Assembly: GCA_043228905.1 (NCBI GenBank)
Contig: JBHGNT010000001.1
Span: 6,014,001-6,078,000 of the forward strand
From: Azolla caroliniana
Lineage: Eukaryota > Plantae > Polypodiophyta
DNA length: 64,000 nt
Direction: 5' to 3'
The notes beneath the pieces are model-generated. The model saw only the letters and a program-made list of their open reading frames with translations, was not told the DNA's origin and ran no database searches. Made by a program: the position numbers and the translations under genes. Shown one piece after another: positions 10,588 to 24,714 of this stretch. The first letter of the stretch is position 1. Every line of letters begins with the position of its first letter.

Positions 10588-11010
10588 TGTGTTATTCGCT
10601 GGCCGGACAAGGCCTAACACAAGGTGTCACGGAGACACTTCACCAAAGGGTGATTACGGCATAGGATTAAGATTCAACGATTACACCGACTTACGTAGGT
10701 TACACGATTAGAATGCTTTGGTTAATTACACGCGTAAGATATAACAGTAATTACAGAACGGAAATCAACACAGAAGTATAAACACCATATGCTCTATTAA
10801 TTATCCGCTGTCATTACAATGGGGTCCGGGCCTTTAAATAGGTTTCCGGCCCGTAGTACAAAACGGTGCCTCTCGCACCTATTCGGGATCCATCCGGATC
10901 TGGAACGGCATACCGTTTCCAGTCCGTCCGTCCACACTATGCTTATTTACAACCATGCTTAATTAATTCCTTCACTCCGTATTTTGGACTCCTTGCCGGC
11001 CGGTAACACA
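10588..11010 (-). repeat. 5' LTR of element B (about 420 bp)
   Basis: TGTGTTA...TAACACA inverted termini (alternative boundaries 10590-11008), TATTTAAA on the minus strand near 10835, adjacent PBS. Confidence 0.85.
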
Positions 11011-11560
11011 GATAGAGCCGCAATTGTCCACATGTAAGTAAGGAGTAAAAAAAAAGATCCGGTAAGATTGTGCATGCTGAAAGGTGGATCACATAGTCAA
11101 AATAATGAGGGCGACGGTTTCTGGTATATGATTTGTCTGCTAGACATTACGATGTTGGATGCGTTTTTTGTTGTTGTTGTAATAGTACTTTTGCATGCTA
11201 GACATGAGAAGGAGGGATTCAATTTTCGTATCACTGCGTATGTGTTGTTTCGTGTTCTAATCTGCTCAAATGCCAGATTGGCGTATGTATGTATTAACGG
11301 CAAGAGACACGCACATCTGTCTGTTTTTCTTTCTTTCTTTCGTGAATATATTCGTTGTTAACCTGTTCTGCGTGTGTGCGCGTGTGTCTATAACTATAAT
11401 TTGTTGTTAATCCGCTTCCTTTCTGTATTATTGATGTTGAGCAGGATAAGTTACCAAAGAGTCTGAGTAAATTCGTGATGGTGATGGTGAGAGCTAGAGA
11501 CATAACTACATGTAATTAACCAGTTGCAAAATCCAATTATGAATGTTTTGACATTATCTG

Positions 11561-14077
11561 ATGAATCCACATCAAAGCCGCAAGATAATCGCATGTCAAG
11601 ATCGGAGAAAACACACTTCCATCTCATGTTTCCGTTTCAGGCGTGCACCTAGTCATTATTCACATGGATATCGTGAAGATGATTCTGCTCAGAACGGAAA
11701 TGTAGATGTAACATCCGGTGAAGGCACAATCTATGATGACTTCATAGACTCTCAAGACAATATTCATGAGCTAACAGGATTGATGTCAATTGTCTATGAT
11801 TCAACTTCAACAATCATAGGCCGCGATGTAAACAACAGAAGAAGTGATCACGTGGATGGATCATCAATGGGTAATCACGAAGTAAAGACTCGAACAAGGA
11901 GATGCTGGAGCCTTCGTGATGAATATACACTCTTAAATTTACCTGATCCTTCGCTACATCCACGTACTATTGACGACATTGATCAGAAGGTTCACACGGC
12001 GCCAAGATCTACAGTCAGTGAATTTGCATCAGAAATCAAGGAAGAGAGTCACGGAACCAAATCAGACGGAATATGTCCATGGAAACTTGAACATATTCAT
12101 GACGCAAAAGACCAATTTTATCCTGAAGAAGAAGAAGTAGATGGTCATGGTACAGAGATCCAGTCATCTGGAAGGCATTATAGCAAGTTCCAGTTATTGC
12201 ACGAGAAGAAAGGAGTTCTTGGATACCTCATACGTTGCAAGAAGCGAGTCACCGAGCGTCTGATGAATCGCGATGTTTCCAAGTCCAAGAGTCGATATTC
12301 AAATCAGGGAGAAGGTTCACCATTAAAGCTGGGAGCTGCTTCAAGAAGTCATAAATGGCAAGCAATGATCAGAAAGCGCATAACCTCATCCCCATGGCAG
12401 GAGTTTAATCATGCTGCAAGTGAATACTATAGTAGTGCAGGAGATGAAGAGATTATGTCCATGGCCATGGATACCTACAGAGCAACTAGCAAGGGTGAGA
12501 TAAATCAGGATATAACTAGATCAAAAGAGATAAACAGTCAAGAACATTATGAGTCATTAGGATCAGATTCTGATCAACAAGGCAGAGCTATGTCCAGAGG
12601 ATCAATTGTTCCGTATATACTTTCCAGTAACTATAATGATGATAAGGCCGTTTCATTAACATGTACTTCTGTCTCTTCTAGCAACTCGAGATCTGTTGAA
12701 GATGTGCTTAATGAGCGAGATGCCATGGAAGTCTTGAAGGTGAAAAGAGAGAAACGTTCTCAGATAAAGAAAGATGAAGTATTTGATATGAAAAGTGATA
12801 GAGGATCAGGTCGTACAGAAAGATCTGTAAGTAGAAGGCGCTCGTTAATCTGGCCGAGGAAGAGAGGAAGGAAATGGACGTATAACGTTGATACCATCTC
12901 TGAGCAGAAGACGCGTGATCAGCTTGCAGGAGCAGAGGAGAAAGTGGTAACTTCTCATCGTGACAATAATAAGACGATACGGAAAGAAAAGTACCATAGC
13001 AGTTTCAATATTAAGAAGAATTCTGAAGTCGTTAATAGTGAATACATCGATCAAGGTGAAGAAGAAGATCTAAAGCTCAAAAAAAATATGAAAGAAATTA
13101 AGTCTCTGGATATACCGACGGAGGCTCAGCACTGGCTCCTCTGGACGTGTTTGGCATCAGCACCTATTCTGCGAGAGTTTCAGGAAGCTGTTGAAAACGC
13201 ACATTTACAGATGAGGATGCTCTCAGGTTTTATTGCTATCCAGAAAGACACAGAAATTATGGCTTCTTATAATAGCTGCACAGATGTTATTCATCATTAT
13301 CACCGGAGCAATGTGACTAGTAGCAGCACTCTTGAAGATACACGAAACCATGTCTTTGCTAGCATAATGGAAGCAGGAATACAGATATCTGGAAGCTTAA
13401 TCAGCTTTCAAAGGCCATGGCACATCAAATATGCACTAGACGCTTGCGTAAATTCCATCTTCTTTAAGATTAATCTTCATCGATTTTCAGAGGAAAACAG
13501 TACTAATAGCTGTGCAGAATACAGAATAATTAGCCGATCATCATCATCTTCTTCTTCATCTCCGCTAACCGCTAAATTATCTTTCTTGGAATACAATCCC
13601 AGTCAAGGATTTGAATGCTTCTTGACTAGCAGAAGGAAAGCCACAGAAGAACTCATAGGAACTGAGATGGAGAAGTGGTCTGAGCCTCTGAGGAGCATCT
13701 TTTTGGCATGCGCTGTCTCTTGTTTCCATGTCTATACACTCATTGCAGCGAGTGGGTCACGCATGGACTCTGTCAAGATTATCCATCCTCTCCATGGAGA
13801 TCTTTTTGATGAAACCGCCATGGATCCTTTGGACAGTGGTTATAATATTAGTAGCAGTACAGGATCCCATATTGAGCTTCACAGTCATCGCTGCCCTCCA
13901 AAGGTTCTATTCACCATCTTCACTGGCTTTGCATTGCATTATGATTATGATGATGAGGAGCATCGGGAATGGAAGATACTGTGCAAACCTCAGGTTTACA
14001 TCACATCAAAAGCTCTGAGGAGGACAACTACATGGATCGGTATGGCATCCGGTTATCCATTCATTCATCACGGATGA
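11561..14077 (+). CDS. Intronless 838-aa protein with a long low-complexity N-terminus and a C-terminal IRK-interacting/GIL1 (DUF641-family)-like region
   Basis: Long ORF in AT-rich DNA. Motifs FQRPWHIKYALD, FLACAVSCFHVYTL and VLFTIFTGF...CKPQVY resemble the IRKI/GIL1 C-terminus (recognised by eye). Confidence 0.65.
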   Translation: MNPHQSRKIIACQDRRKHTSISCFRFRRAPSHYSHGYREDDSAQNGNVDVTSGEGTIYDDFIDSQDNIHELTGLMSIVYDSTSTIIGRDVNNRRSDHVDGSSMGNHEVKTRTRRCWSLRDEYTLLNLPDPSLHPRTIDDIDQKVHTAPRSTVSEFASEIKEESHGTKSDGICPWKLEHIHDAKDQFYPEEEEVDGHGTEIQSSGRHYSKFQLLHEKKGVLGYLIRCKKRVTERLMNRDVSKSKSRYSNQGEGSPLKLGAASRSHKWQAMIRKRITSSPWQEFNHAASEYYSSAGDEEIMSMAMDTYRATSKGEINQDITRSKEINSQEHYESLGSDSDQQGRAMSRGSIVPYILSSNYNDDKAVSLTCTSVSSSNSRSVEDVLNERDAMEVLKVKREKRSQIKKDEVFDMKSDRGSGRTERSVSRRRSLIWPRKRGRKWTYNVDTISEQKTRDQLAGAEEKVVTSHRDNNKTIRKEKYHSSFNIKKNSEVVNSEYIDQGEEEDLKLKKNMKEIKSLDIPTEAQHWLLWTCLASAPILREFQEAVENAHLQMRMLSGFIAIQKDTEIMASYNSCTDVIHHYHRSNVTSSSTLEDTRNHVFASIMEAGIQISGSLISFQRPWHIKYALDACVNSIFFKINLHRFSEENSTNSCAEYRIISRSSSSSSSSPLTAKLSFLEYNPSQGFECFLTSRRKATEELIGTEMEKWSEPLRSIFLACAVSCFHVYTLIAASGSRMDSVKIIHPLHGDLFDETAMDPLDSGYNISSSTGSHIELHSHRCPPKVLFTIFTGFALHYDYDDEEHREWKILCKPQVYITSKALRRTTTWIGMASGYPFIHHG

Positions 14078-14265
14078 GTTAAACCAGGATTTGATTTTTA
14101 GTTTGAGAGTTGAAAGCCTCAGAATTCAGGGATTAGCAGAAGATGATTTTTGGTTTGAGAATTGAAAGCCTTAGGGTTCACGGATCAGGTTAAGCAAGGG
14201 GATGGTTTTAGTTTGAGAATCCAAAGTCTCAGGATTCAAGGACCAGGTTAAACCAGAAAATTTAG
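14060..14265. repeat. Degenerate tandem repeat, about 57-60 bp x 3.5
   Basis: Recurrent TTTTAGTTTGAGA..GAAAGCCTCAG..TTCA.GGA..AGGTTAA units. Confidence 0.7.
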
Positions 14266-17249
14266 TTTTTCATTTTGATAAAGAAAGAAGAAGTTGGATC
14301 AATGTGCAGGTTACGCATAATTAGTTTTGGTGGGTTGAGAACTCCATTAACAACAAAGAAAGAACTTTTGGCTCATCCTCACTAAGCGTATGCCATGTCC
14401 TTTTTCAACCCCCTCCAAAGGAATAGAAGCTAGACGAAGATTCGAATGAAGAATACAATGTGAGTCCACTTTGTATATTTTTCATCTAGGATGAAGGATG
14501 AACATCTGATATATGGAAATGATATTAGGGTTGTCTGCATAATTCTGCACCTCTATTACAGGTATGAATGACATTTTGGCAGATGTCTGAAATGAATTTT
14601 GTGCAAGGGAGAGGAGTTCATAGTGTGGTGTTATCTGTCAAGCCCACTCCATGGAACAATCAAAACTACGTTTATCTTTATAGTAATCACGTCGGGACAT
14701 ATGTGATATAGAAGAAACTTCTGCGAGATCGATGCTAAGCAAATGTAATGAGCAAAAACTGCTTGAATTTCCTTTGAAAATGTTTAAGCATGGAATCACT
14801 CTTGTCAAAACTATCTAAATTTCCTTGGAAATATTGCCGAGCATTGAGCCTTGCGTTTGGCATTGTTGCCACTAGATTGTGTGGCCATGGTTTAGAATTT
14901 TGAGACTATAATGAGCAACAACTAATACACGTTGACGACACCCTAACTCAAGCATGGGCACTCCAAATCAGTTAAATCTTCATGGAAGGTAATGGGATTC
15001 AGCTGCTCTATTGCTGCAAAACGGATTATGTGACTATAGCAACTTAGTTATGCTCATCAAGGAGAGCAAAACTCTCTCACAAACCATCATTCAAATTTGG
15101 GATCTAAGGCAAAACTATTTGATTCCACGTCACATATTCTCATCAAGTGATTGGCTATTTGGTACCATGTCACCAATTTTCATCAAGCAGCCTAAGAGAA
15201 GAATGACAGCTTAAATTAAATATCAATACATGACATAATAGACTAAAATTTGTTTTGTGTTTGTTTTTCAAAAGAAGTGGTAAGGAAGAGTTGGCAAATG
15301 CTACAAGAACGTTTTGCCACTAAATGTCATAAGCACACCTCATGTTGGGAAGCAAAACGCTAAATAAATAGGAAACCATGAGAATCCAAAGTAAAATATT
15401 CTCTTCATTCACTACTATTTCAAGGCTGAAGTTTGATTTACATTTAGAACATACCCACAAGGTAGACCACATTTATCTCAAGTTTAAATGAAGACATTCC
15501 TTGAGTACCAAGTTTGATGTTCTCAAGAGTACCAATAAATGGAGACATTCAAGATTACTGATAAATGAAGACATTCCCAATATCATTTTTTATGTGAATT
15601 GTTATGAAGTTGGAATGAATGACAATGATGTTAAATGAAATCAAGTAGGATTCTATAATGTCAAGGATGTTAAATGAGATCAAGTGGGATTCTATTGCAC
15701 CACAACCATATACGTGTCACGAAACTAATGCAACCGTCGACTACTAAATAAATTGCTGATTGAATGTGATCAAGTTGTTGGTTTGATATTGATAAATTGG
15801 TGAGGATATAGCCCCCCTTTAATGTATAGCTTATAGGTAAGAAATACATGGATATAACTTAAGCTTATATATTTTGCATCTTTATTGCTGAAACATGCAT
15901 ACTAAAGACATACAGTTAATTAGGCTAATGGGGATACCAATAGCTCACCAAACATTAAATAACTAAATCCCTATTGTAGAAGCATCTACATAAGCAAAAG
16001 TAGAAAACCACAAAGAAGATTTGTCATCACAACATATGCAATCACAATTTTGTATATATTTCCGATCCTTTGGAATATCAAAACTCGTGGGCTTGGGCCA
16101 AATAGGTACTTAATGTCAACATCGAGAGAATACCAAAAATCACATGAGAACTTAGAAAATCCAACTACATTCATATAGCTATCATGTGTTGTTAAATGTT
16201 TTTTTGAAATCTAGTTGCAAGAGCGGACTATGTTTGGAATCGACAACACTATCACCCATAGCTAGTGTAAGGTCTCATACAAATATATTGTGTGAATGTA
16301 CAATATTCTTAAGTTTTCACATGTATGAATCATGATCATCGATGTATCTATTGTGTCTATGATACATATGAATAATGAATGGGATAGGATAAACTCTCAA
16401 GTTTTTATGGAGTGTTTTGTTTACGCTAAAAACATGTCAGCAAATAATAAGACACACTCTCTTCTTCATCGTGTTGTTGATGGGTCTTCTCGACACAGAG
16501 GAATCTCCCTACCCCCCCACTTCCCCTCCCCTCTCTGAGCGGTGCCCTAACCTCTTTTCCTCGCAGGTAAATCTTCCCATCTGTCTGTCAGTCTGTCTTC
16601 TTTTTATTTCTTTCTTCTTTCGCACCAGTTTTATTATCTCTTTAATATTTCTCTCGCTGTGCGTGTGCGTGTTTGAATGGATATAGATTGATCTAAGTAG
16701 AAGCGATGAAAAAAAGAAGAGAGAGTAACAGAAAGAGAGAGGTAGAATTTCGTATTGATTAATATGAATTAAGGGAGAAAGCAGGTATGCATTAAAAAAG
16801 TTCAGGTTTTTACACTCTGGAATTCATTGTTTTGATTTAGGTTTTCTTATTTAACCCCGATCATCCAGAAAGATAAAGAAAGTGTTATGACAGATAGAAC
16901 CTACACACTTTAGGTCATTTTATGCAGAGAGTAATAGGGTTGTCAGGGATGAACAATTGTTAAAAAGGAGGATTTCTGACATATGTATGTATGGATGTAT
17001 GCTTAGTAATTTCTACACAATTGAAGCCTTTAACATGTTTTGATCAATTAGATCAAGATGAAAATTATGTAGCTCTGTATTGGATCATCAGATAGACATA
17101 GTATTGTGTCTATTTATACTATCTAGATTGAAGTACTGATTGCATGTGCATTATAATAACATAATGAAACGTTAAGAAAAGATACATTAATAGGAGTGAC
17201 TGCAGAGTATAAATATTGACCATTGAAACCTACTGTTTGAAACTGGAAA

Positions 17250-18330
17250 GGCGTTTGGAGCCTTGGAACACATAGAATTCTTAACTTCACTACCAACAAC
17301 TTTTAAGAATCCTCAGCACCAAATGCAAAAACATTCTTGAACTCCATCCCCACCAAGAGCAAAGATAACTGCTTGTAAATTTATCTGAAACCTTGACTCG
17401 GCCCACTTCAATAAATACCTATGTGCTAATAGTCCAGATAATTGATGCTGATGTGACATTTTAGAATGGACAGTAACTGTCTACAGAAGTAGAGCTGTGT
17501 GGCAGCTTTAATATAAGAAATGCTTGGTAGAAGCATGATGATGTTCATACCATGAATTTGGTATCGCTCTCCATGGAAAGTTGCTGTGAAGGCCGAACAG
17601 ACAAATGTGCATACTGATGTTGGGAATTCTCTCAAGCCTCAAGTGTGGTGTATAAAAGACATTTATCTGGCTAGAGCCTCAATACATTTATGCCCAGATC
17701 TATTAGGATGATCTAAATTCTACACTAGGATCCCACATTTGTGATCCATATAAAATAGCATAGTTAACCAGCGTGTCAAGAGCCAGTTTGTGCATGGCTC
17801 ATGGAACTTCACAATGTCATTTATCCTTCTTGAGTCCTAATGCTGCACATCCTTTGGTCAATTTGGCGTCAACAGCTCGCCTCATAGAAAACGTGAGTCA
17901 AATACTCGCTACTCCAAGATAGGTGACTGCTCAAGTTTCAATATACTCCACATCTTGATGTGCTGGTGCAAATTACTTGTTCATTTTATTATTAACATCA
18001 GAACATTGTGTTATGTTGAACACCATAACCTTGTGTTTGCTAAAGTTAATTGATAGACAAATGTCATATTTATATGCATGCGATGAATCCTGCATGCTGT
18101 CATGGGAAATTTCTAAACTGAAATATTCTGCATGAACTAATGCATCCTGTATTACGTTGTGAAGCATTTCCAGATACTTTACCACTGTGACCATACTCAA
18201 ATCTGGAGACCCAGATCTGCTGGCTAACTATCAGTGTCATAATTGGCCACATATTGGTGAAGTTGTGCACATTCATTATTTGCATAGATATATATGTGCA
18301 GAATTACAGGCCTGAAATGTTTGCTCACAT
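17250..18330 (-). mobile_element. Decayed LINE (RTE/CR1-like) RT fragment in the probable 5'UTR intron of WDR48
   Basis: Residual motifs INFSKHKVMVF (like VNxxKTKVMVF) and YGSQMWDPS (like YGxEVWGP). Boundaries approximate. Confidence 0.55.
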
Positions 18331-19217
18331 GACATCTCTTAATCTAGTATTAATATCCACATTGGGACCACCATATAGAAGCGATGTTTTGTCTATTCAT
18401 TGATCGCACTGCAGTATGGATATCCATGGTATAAACAACATGAAATGTTGGAGAAACTTAAGTTATTACAATATGGATATATGCTGTAAACATACACACT
18501 TTCAAGATTTAAGGTTCTATTATTGAAATGCCACAAGGAAACTTGATTGGAAGACAGACAGAACATCAATGACTGAAGTGGCTGAAGTTAATGTTGGTGA
18601 AAAGAATGTAAGAAGAAGCAAAATGTGAGTTTTCGATCATCAAGTAAAATGAGAAATTATCAGCAAAAGTGAAAACGTACATGTTCTATATTTGCATTTG
18701 ATCCAACTGTATTGAAACATCTTGCATTTCTGGGCACATTCTATTTCACGAGTTACATAAATCATGATGCTATTCTTACATTCTGGCTGAATTACTAGAT
18801 TCCTCTGATGTCCCAGTAGAGATATCCAAAATATTTCTTAGATTGCATCCAGTGCTAGGATATCAATATTGATCTATTCTATGATATCCAACATTGTAAG
18901 AACAGTTGGTTTATCTTGCTCAACCATCACCTGAAAGACAGTAAACCAAAACACTCAGTATCAAATATCTATGTGGTAGGATACCATCTAAACGTTGCAG
19001 CTGAAAAGGTATAGCACATGCTTGATTATATTCATGCCACTGATAAAAGAAATAGAACTGAATGTTCTATTTTATAAGACATGGAGAATTTACTGTTCAT
19101 AGTCATCCTATGATTGACTTAGATTTATTTTTTTCAGGTCGACATAAATAATTATGTATTTTCAAGATTTTCTTAGACATTGATTATTAATTTATGATGT
19201 AACAGGTTACTTTCTAG

Positions 19218-22200
19218 ATGGGCAGTATGCATCGTGTAGGCAGCACGAGCAACATGTCGAATTCAGCACGCTCTCGGAAAGAGCGCCGCTTAACATATGT
19301 TCTTTGTGATACCTATAGTCCAAAGGTGTGTGAAAGGGAAAAATACGATAATTTATACATTCATGATTTTAAATCTGATGATGTGCATGTATATGGCAGC
19401 ATTGTTCAGGGATAAATAGTCTTAAAGTAGGTTCTTGTGAAGGCGATAGGAATGATACCTTATTCAGTGGCAGCAGGGATGGCACATTGAAAAGATGGGA
19501 GTTGGCTGATGAAACAGCCACATGTACTGCAACATTTGAATCTCATACAGATTGGGTATGGATAGATTTTCTGTCCTGTAGCACGAAGCTACTGTATTTA
19601 TACTAATCTTTTGACTGTTACAGGTAAATGATGTAGTTTTGTCAGGTCAAACACTAGTTTCGTGCTCATCTGATACTACGGTCAAGGTGTGCCATTGTAT
19701 ATCTTACATTCTAAAATGCTAATGGATTTGTTCATATTTCAATTTTATAAATATATCCGCTTTCCGAAAAGAAAAAGGGAAAAAGCTGAAAGAATCAATG
19801 CACTTTCACTTGTACGGGACCTGCGTGGCCATTATATTTTTTGAATGTAGATGGCCTATTGTTTCTTCGGAGCCTAGCCACAAACGGTCTGTCTGAGTCA
19901 CTTGTCTAGACAGTCTTGTTGTTGGTATAGATGATATGGCAGCTCCGATAATGATGTCAAGGCTATTATCTTAATTTGTTTAAATTGATTGAGGATATGA
20001 TTGTAGAAATATGTCACATTTTAATATTTTCAGACTTGGGGAGCTTTCTCAGATGATTGGCATTGTTCAAAAACTTTCCGTCAACATTCTGATTATGTTA
20101 TTGCCCTTGCAGCAGCAAAGCATGTGAGTGTTGGGAAAGTTTATACTTGTATGGGATAACTAAATTGGATCTTTAGTTATAATGAATGAAATATTTGAGC
20201 ATTTGTTTGTGTCGTTCTTTATTTCTTTGACGATGCAGAGTAACATCATTGCATCTGCTGGCCTTGGTGGTGAAGTGTTCGTATGGGACTTAGATGCAGC
20301 CTCTGCACCCATTTTGAAGTCTGCAGTAGATGAAAACACACCCGAAAAGAACAGTACCCTGGGACCATCTGCTCCAATAACCAGCTCTGATCGTTCTCTT
20401 GGTACAAGCTTCAGTACTGCTACACAAAATTCATTACCATCACAAGGATATACACCTATCATGGTTAAGGGCCACAAGGAATCTGTATATGCATTGGCTA
20501 TGAATGATTCTGGTACCATACTTGTTTCTGGTGGCACTGAGAAGGTTGTGGCATATGCAATAAGATAATTTTGGACTTTGCAGCATTCTCTTATGTCAAC
20601 TGAAAGTGGTTGATGATGATTTCTGACAGGCAGTTAGGGTGTGGGACCCGAGGTCTGGTACAAAGAAAATGAAATTGAAAGGTCACACTGATAACATACG
20701 GGCTTTGTCTCTCGATCCCTCTGGCAGGTAACAATATGCTTGCAATTTATCCATCCTACTGTATGGATGCCAAATACAATACAAGACATCGTCAATATAT
20801 TGCCATGCATGTGATATGTATTTTTTTGCTTTGCGTTTCTCACAGATTCTGTTTGTCTGGGTCTTCAGATTCCGTGATCAGGTACACATATGTTTGAAAT
20901 TAGATCTGTATGCTGAAATAATCCTGTCACTCAGCCTTTACTAATTTTCCTATATTTTGTTTTTGTAGACTATGGGATTTAGGACAGCAGAGATGTGTGC
21001 ACTCTTATGCTATCCACACAGACTCGGTATGGGCTTTTGCAACTACTCCATCTTTCAATCGTGTTTACAGTGGTGGACGTGATCTTTCTGTAAGTTCCAA
21101 GTTTTCTAGTTTGATGTTGTCCATAGCTCAATCAGGAGGGTTTGAAACACTAAGATTATTGTGTATGGTAATTATTCAGGTTTATTTGACTGATCTGATG
21201 TCTCGTGAAAGCTTGCTTATATGTTCAGAGGATGGTCCTATTCTTTCTTTAGCCTTGCAAGGTGAAGACTGGCTGTGGATTGCCACTTCGGACTCTTCAT
21301 TGCATAAATGGCCTACCAAAGAAAGAAGCTCAGCAAAACATTTATCCAAAGCAAGCTCCTTTCTGGCTGGTACCCTACCCTTTGCTAGGGCAAGAGCATG
21401 TTTAGAGAGCTCACCTTCTGTAAGTATGTTTCCACTGTCAATCACAATTTGTAGGCTTGCATTCTCTGAAGGACGGAAGAAAAAGCAAGAGCAACCGTGC
21501 TTCTCGTCAACAATGTGCAGTATAATAAATGGTATCCATGTTTCCAGGTTCCCTTATATACAAAACCTGCATGCATTGTACCAGGAACACCTGGAATTAT
21601 CCAACACACGGTTCTCAATGATAAGCGCCATGTCCTAACAAAGGTGTACTGCATTTGTGGGAATTTAATGCTTCTAGTTCCACCAGCTTCCTATTCTTAC
21701 TTTCTCTATGTGTTTGTTTAAAAAAGGATACTGCAGGTGTTGTAAAGCTCTGGGAAATAACCAAAGGTGCAGCAATAGCTGACTTTGGCAATGTAAAACC
21801 CTTTTGATACAGTTTCTATAGTTGTTTCCCATTTGTTCATGTTCTTCTTTTTGATGGGAATTCTTGGTGGCCTTTGGGGTGTCTTTAATATGCTTTCTTA
21901 TTTATAGGTGCCCTTTGAAGAAAAGGAAAAGGAATTGTTTGAAATGGTAAGCCTTGAAGTCAGGCTATTAATGGTCTGCAGCAGAAAAAGGAAAATATCC
22001 TTTGAATAGAAAAAACTTATGGCAATTGTTCACATTTCATTTGGTGTGGTCGTGACAGGTGAGCATACCTACATGGTTCACAATAGACACACGGCTTGGT
22101 AGCATCTCTGTTCACCTTGAAACTCCGCAGTGCTTCTCGGCTGAAATGTATGCCATTGATCTCCAAGTGGCAGGAGCAACTGAAGAACAAAAAGTAAGAT

Positions 22201-24714
22201 AACTTGATGAAAACAATTAGTTTTAATGAGTGATGTTTTGATGAAGTAAACTGACAATACTGCTTCTGGTTGGTTCTAATATGGATGCAGCTATTCAATT
22301 CATACAATCAATTGCTGAATTTGCCCATTTTCATTTTGAGGCATGAAATAAAATCCATTCATTGGTTCTCTATGTGTGGGTTATGCACTCAAGAGTGAAG
22401 ATATGTTTGCCTCTCCTGGTTACTTTTTCTGTAGAATGATATAAAGAGAAAAATAACAACAATCTTTGTTGAGTGGATTTACGGTCGTTCACTACCTAGA
22501 GTTGAAAAGAAATTGTTTTAACAAAGCTAGTTGCTCGTTCATGTTTTTGTTCTATAAAGTGGATATTTAAATCTGGAAACAAATCTATGCGTGTTTATCA
22601 CTGCTAGTAGAAATGCTGTGAAAGGGTAATCTTGCCTTAATTTAAGATTCTTTATGAAAAATGGTGCGTGTTTTGTTACATTTTCTTGAGGTAAATACTT
22701 ATTTGTTCGGTGTCCTTCTGATATACAGATATGTATTTAGATGAAAATGTATAGTCAACTAATTTTCTCATCCCTCTCTCTGGTTGTAATGTTTATCCTT
22801 TGTTGCCCATTCTTCCATAGTTTGAGTGATAGATGACTGGGTTGATTGTGTGAACATCTGCAATATTGTATGTGTAAATATTATTGATCATGCCAACTGT
22901 CATCATAGTACTTGAAATATGGTATTTTGTTGAGTTCCTGCTATTATGGAACTTATACCTCCTTTAATGTTCTGCAGTTAAACTTAGGTCAGGAAACAAT
23001 TCGGGGGCTATTTTCACGTTGGCTAGCTTTGAGACAACAAAAAGCCACACCATTACTTGTTATTGATGGTGATAAGCAATCTAGTTATGAAGCTGAGAAT
23101 GGAAACCATATGAATAGCAAAACGCCTGCAAACTCGGATTTACGTTCTGGTATTGAAAATGGACCTCCAACAACTTATCCTGCATTTGACTTCTCAGATT
23201 TGTCTCTGCCTTCAATAATAACTGAAGGAAGCCAAGGAGGTCCATGGAGAAAAAATCTTACTGAACTGGATGGGAACGAGGATGAGACGTCTCTTCCTTC
23301 CTGGTGTTTGGATACTCTTCTTCAAGGAAAGCTTCCTCCTAGGGAAAACGCCAAGTCAGTTTTATTTTTCCTGAACTCTACTATATGACTTTAGCTATTT
23401 TTCCATTTTGGATTTGCAACCAAATTCTAAATTTTTATATATAACAGGTGCAGCTTCTATCTGCATCCTTTTGAAAGCTCCATGACACCAGTACCGTCAC
23501 TTACATCAGGGAAGTTGAGTGCCCCTCGTATCCTGAGGATCAACAAGGTACAAATTCTTCAAATTTAGCTTGAACTTTCTTGAGCTGCGTCCCTGATGAT
23601 AGGGGTAAGGTAGTTAATGAGGACTTTGGAGTTAATGAGATGTAATCTTTCTCATTCAAATATTGAATATTTGTCAGGAAGTAGATATTCCTTAATGATA
23701 GAATGTGTGACTATACTGAATTTCACTGGTAACAGATATGGTAAAAACACTAAATGCATGCATTTTTCATTTCTCTTTTTTACTCTATTATCTTTTAGAC
23801 TTTCTCATCCACATTGTATTTTGATTTTTCAAAATCAAATGATAATTGGGAATGCACAGATTGAGATTGAGAGTATTTAATGGATAAATACGTAAGTTTT
23901 GGTGGATTGGGTATGACAAAACAGCTTGTTTTATCTTTTCCATAGATATTTATTTCTGCTCTATTGTCTTTCAGACTTTCTCATCCGCTTTCTATTTTGA
24001 TTTTTCAAAATCGAATGATAATTGGGGATGCATATATTGAGGTTGAGAGTATTTAACGGATAAATAAATAAGTTTTGGTGGATTGGGTATGACAAAACAG
24101 CTTGTTTTAGTTTACTTTGTTTTAATTGTATCTTTTGCATAGATACTTGTTTTATCCAACCTATGCTGAAAAAGTAAACAATATCCGCAAGTTTTGGTGG
24201 ATTGAGTATGACCCAACAGCTTGTTTTAATTTGCACTTTGTTTTGTGCTTGAAAATGGTAAATGCTGTGTGTAGATTTTGTTTTTTTAATACCTAAAGCC
24301 AAAAGCCTAAACAATACCCTCATAACACAGGTTATTAATTATGTGCTGGAGAAGCTTGTGCTTGATAGGCCATTGGAGGAAGGAGCAGCTTATACTAACA
24401 GCCAACAACAGATGATGAATGGTAGGCCTAGCTCAAGACCATGGCAACTTGGAACTCGACTAGAAGTGGAAATACTTTGCAATAACCAGGTAGATGCACC
24501 GAGAACAGAACCTCTTACTTGTTAAAGAATAAAACTTACGTGCATATTATTGTTGTTTGTATAATGTGGCTGCTTAGATCCTATCTCATGGGATACACAT
24601 TTGACAAATTAACAGGTGCTTCGTCCAGAAATGAGTCTCGCAACTGTTCGGCAATATATATGGAAAAAGCCTGAAGATCTCTACTTGTATTATAGAATTG
24701 CATCTCATCGCTGA
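19218..24714 (+). CDS. WDR48: WD repeat-containing protein 48 / UAF1 (LRS1-like), about 17 coding exons
   Basis: MHRVGS...[10 protein letters not shown] start and WD40 repeats ([38 protein letters not shown]). C-terminus [13 protein letters not shown]...[25 protein letters not shown] exons include 19218-19325, 19400-19555, 19624-19686, 20034-20123, 20239-20544. Probable 5'UTR intron 16567-19205. Confidence 0.93.
23790..24235. repeat. Intronic tandem duplication (about 180 bp x 2 plus a partial third copy)
   Basis: Repeated AGACTTTCTCATCC...TAAGTTTTGGTGGATTGGGTATGACAAAACAGCTTG. Confidence 0.8.

Larger units (their letters stand above)
5178..11010 (-). mobile_element. Ty3/gypsy LTR retrotransposon B (Athila/Tat-like non-chromovirus); its 3' part lies beyond element A
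   Basis: LTR, PBS and a single gag-pol frame: CCHC knuckles, PR VIDGGSGVN, RT LDGFSGYN/VFLDD, RH FVDASD, IN HCGVAGGHYAG and KWGLDFVGP. Confidence 0.95.
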
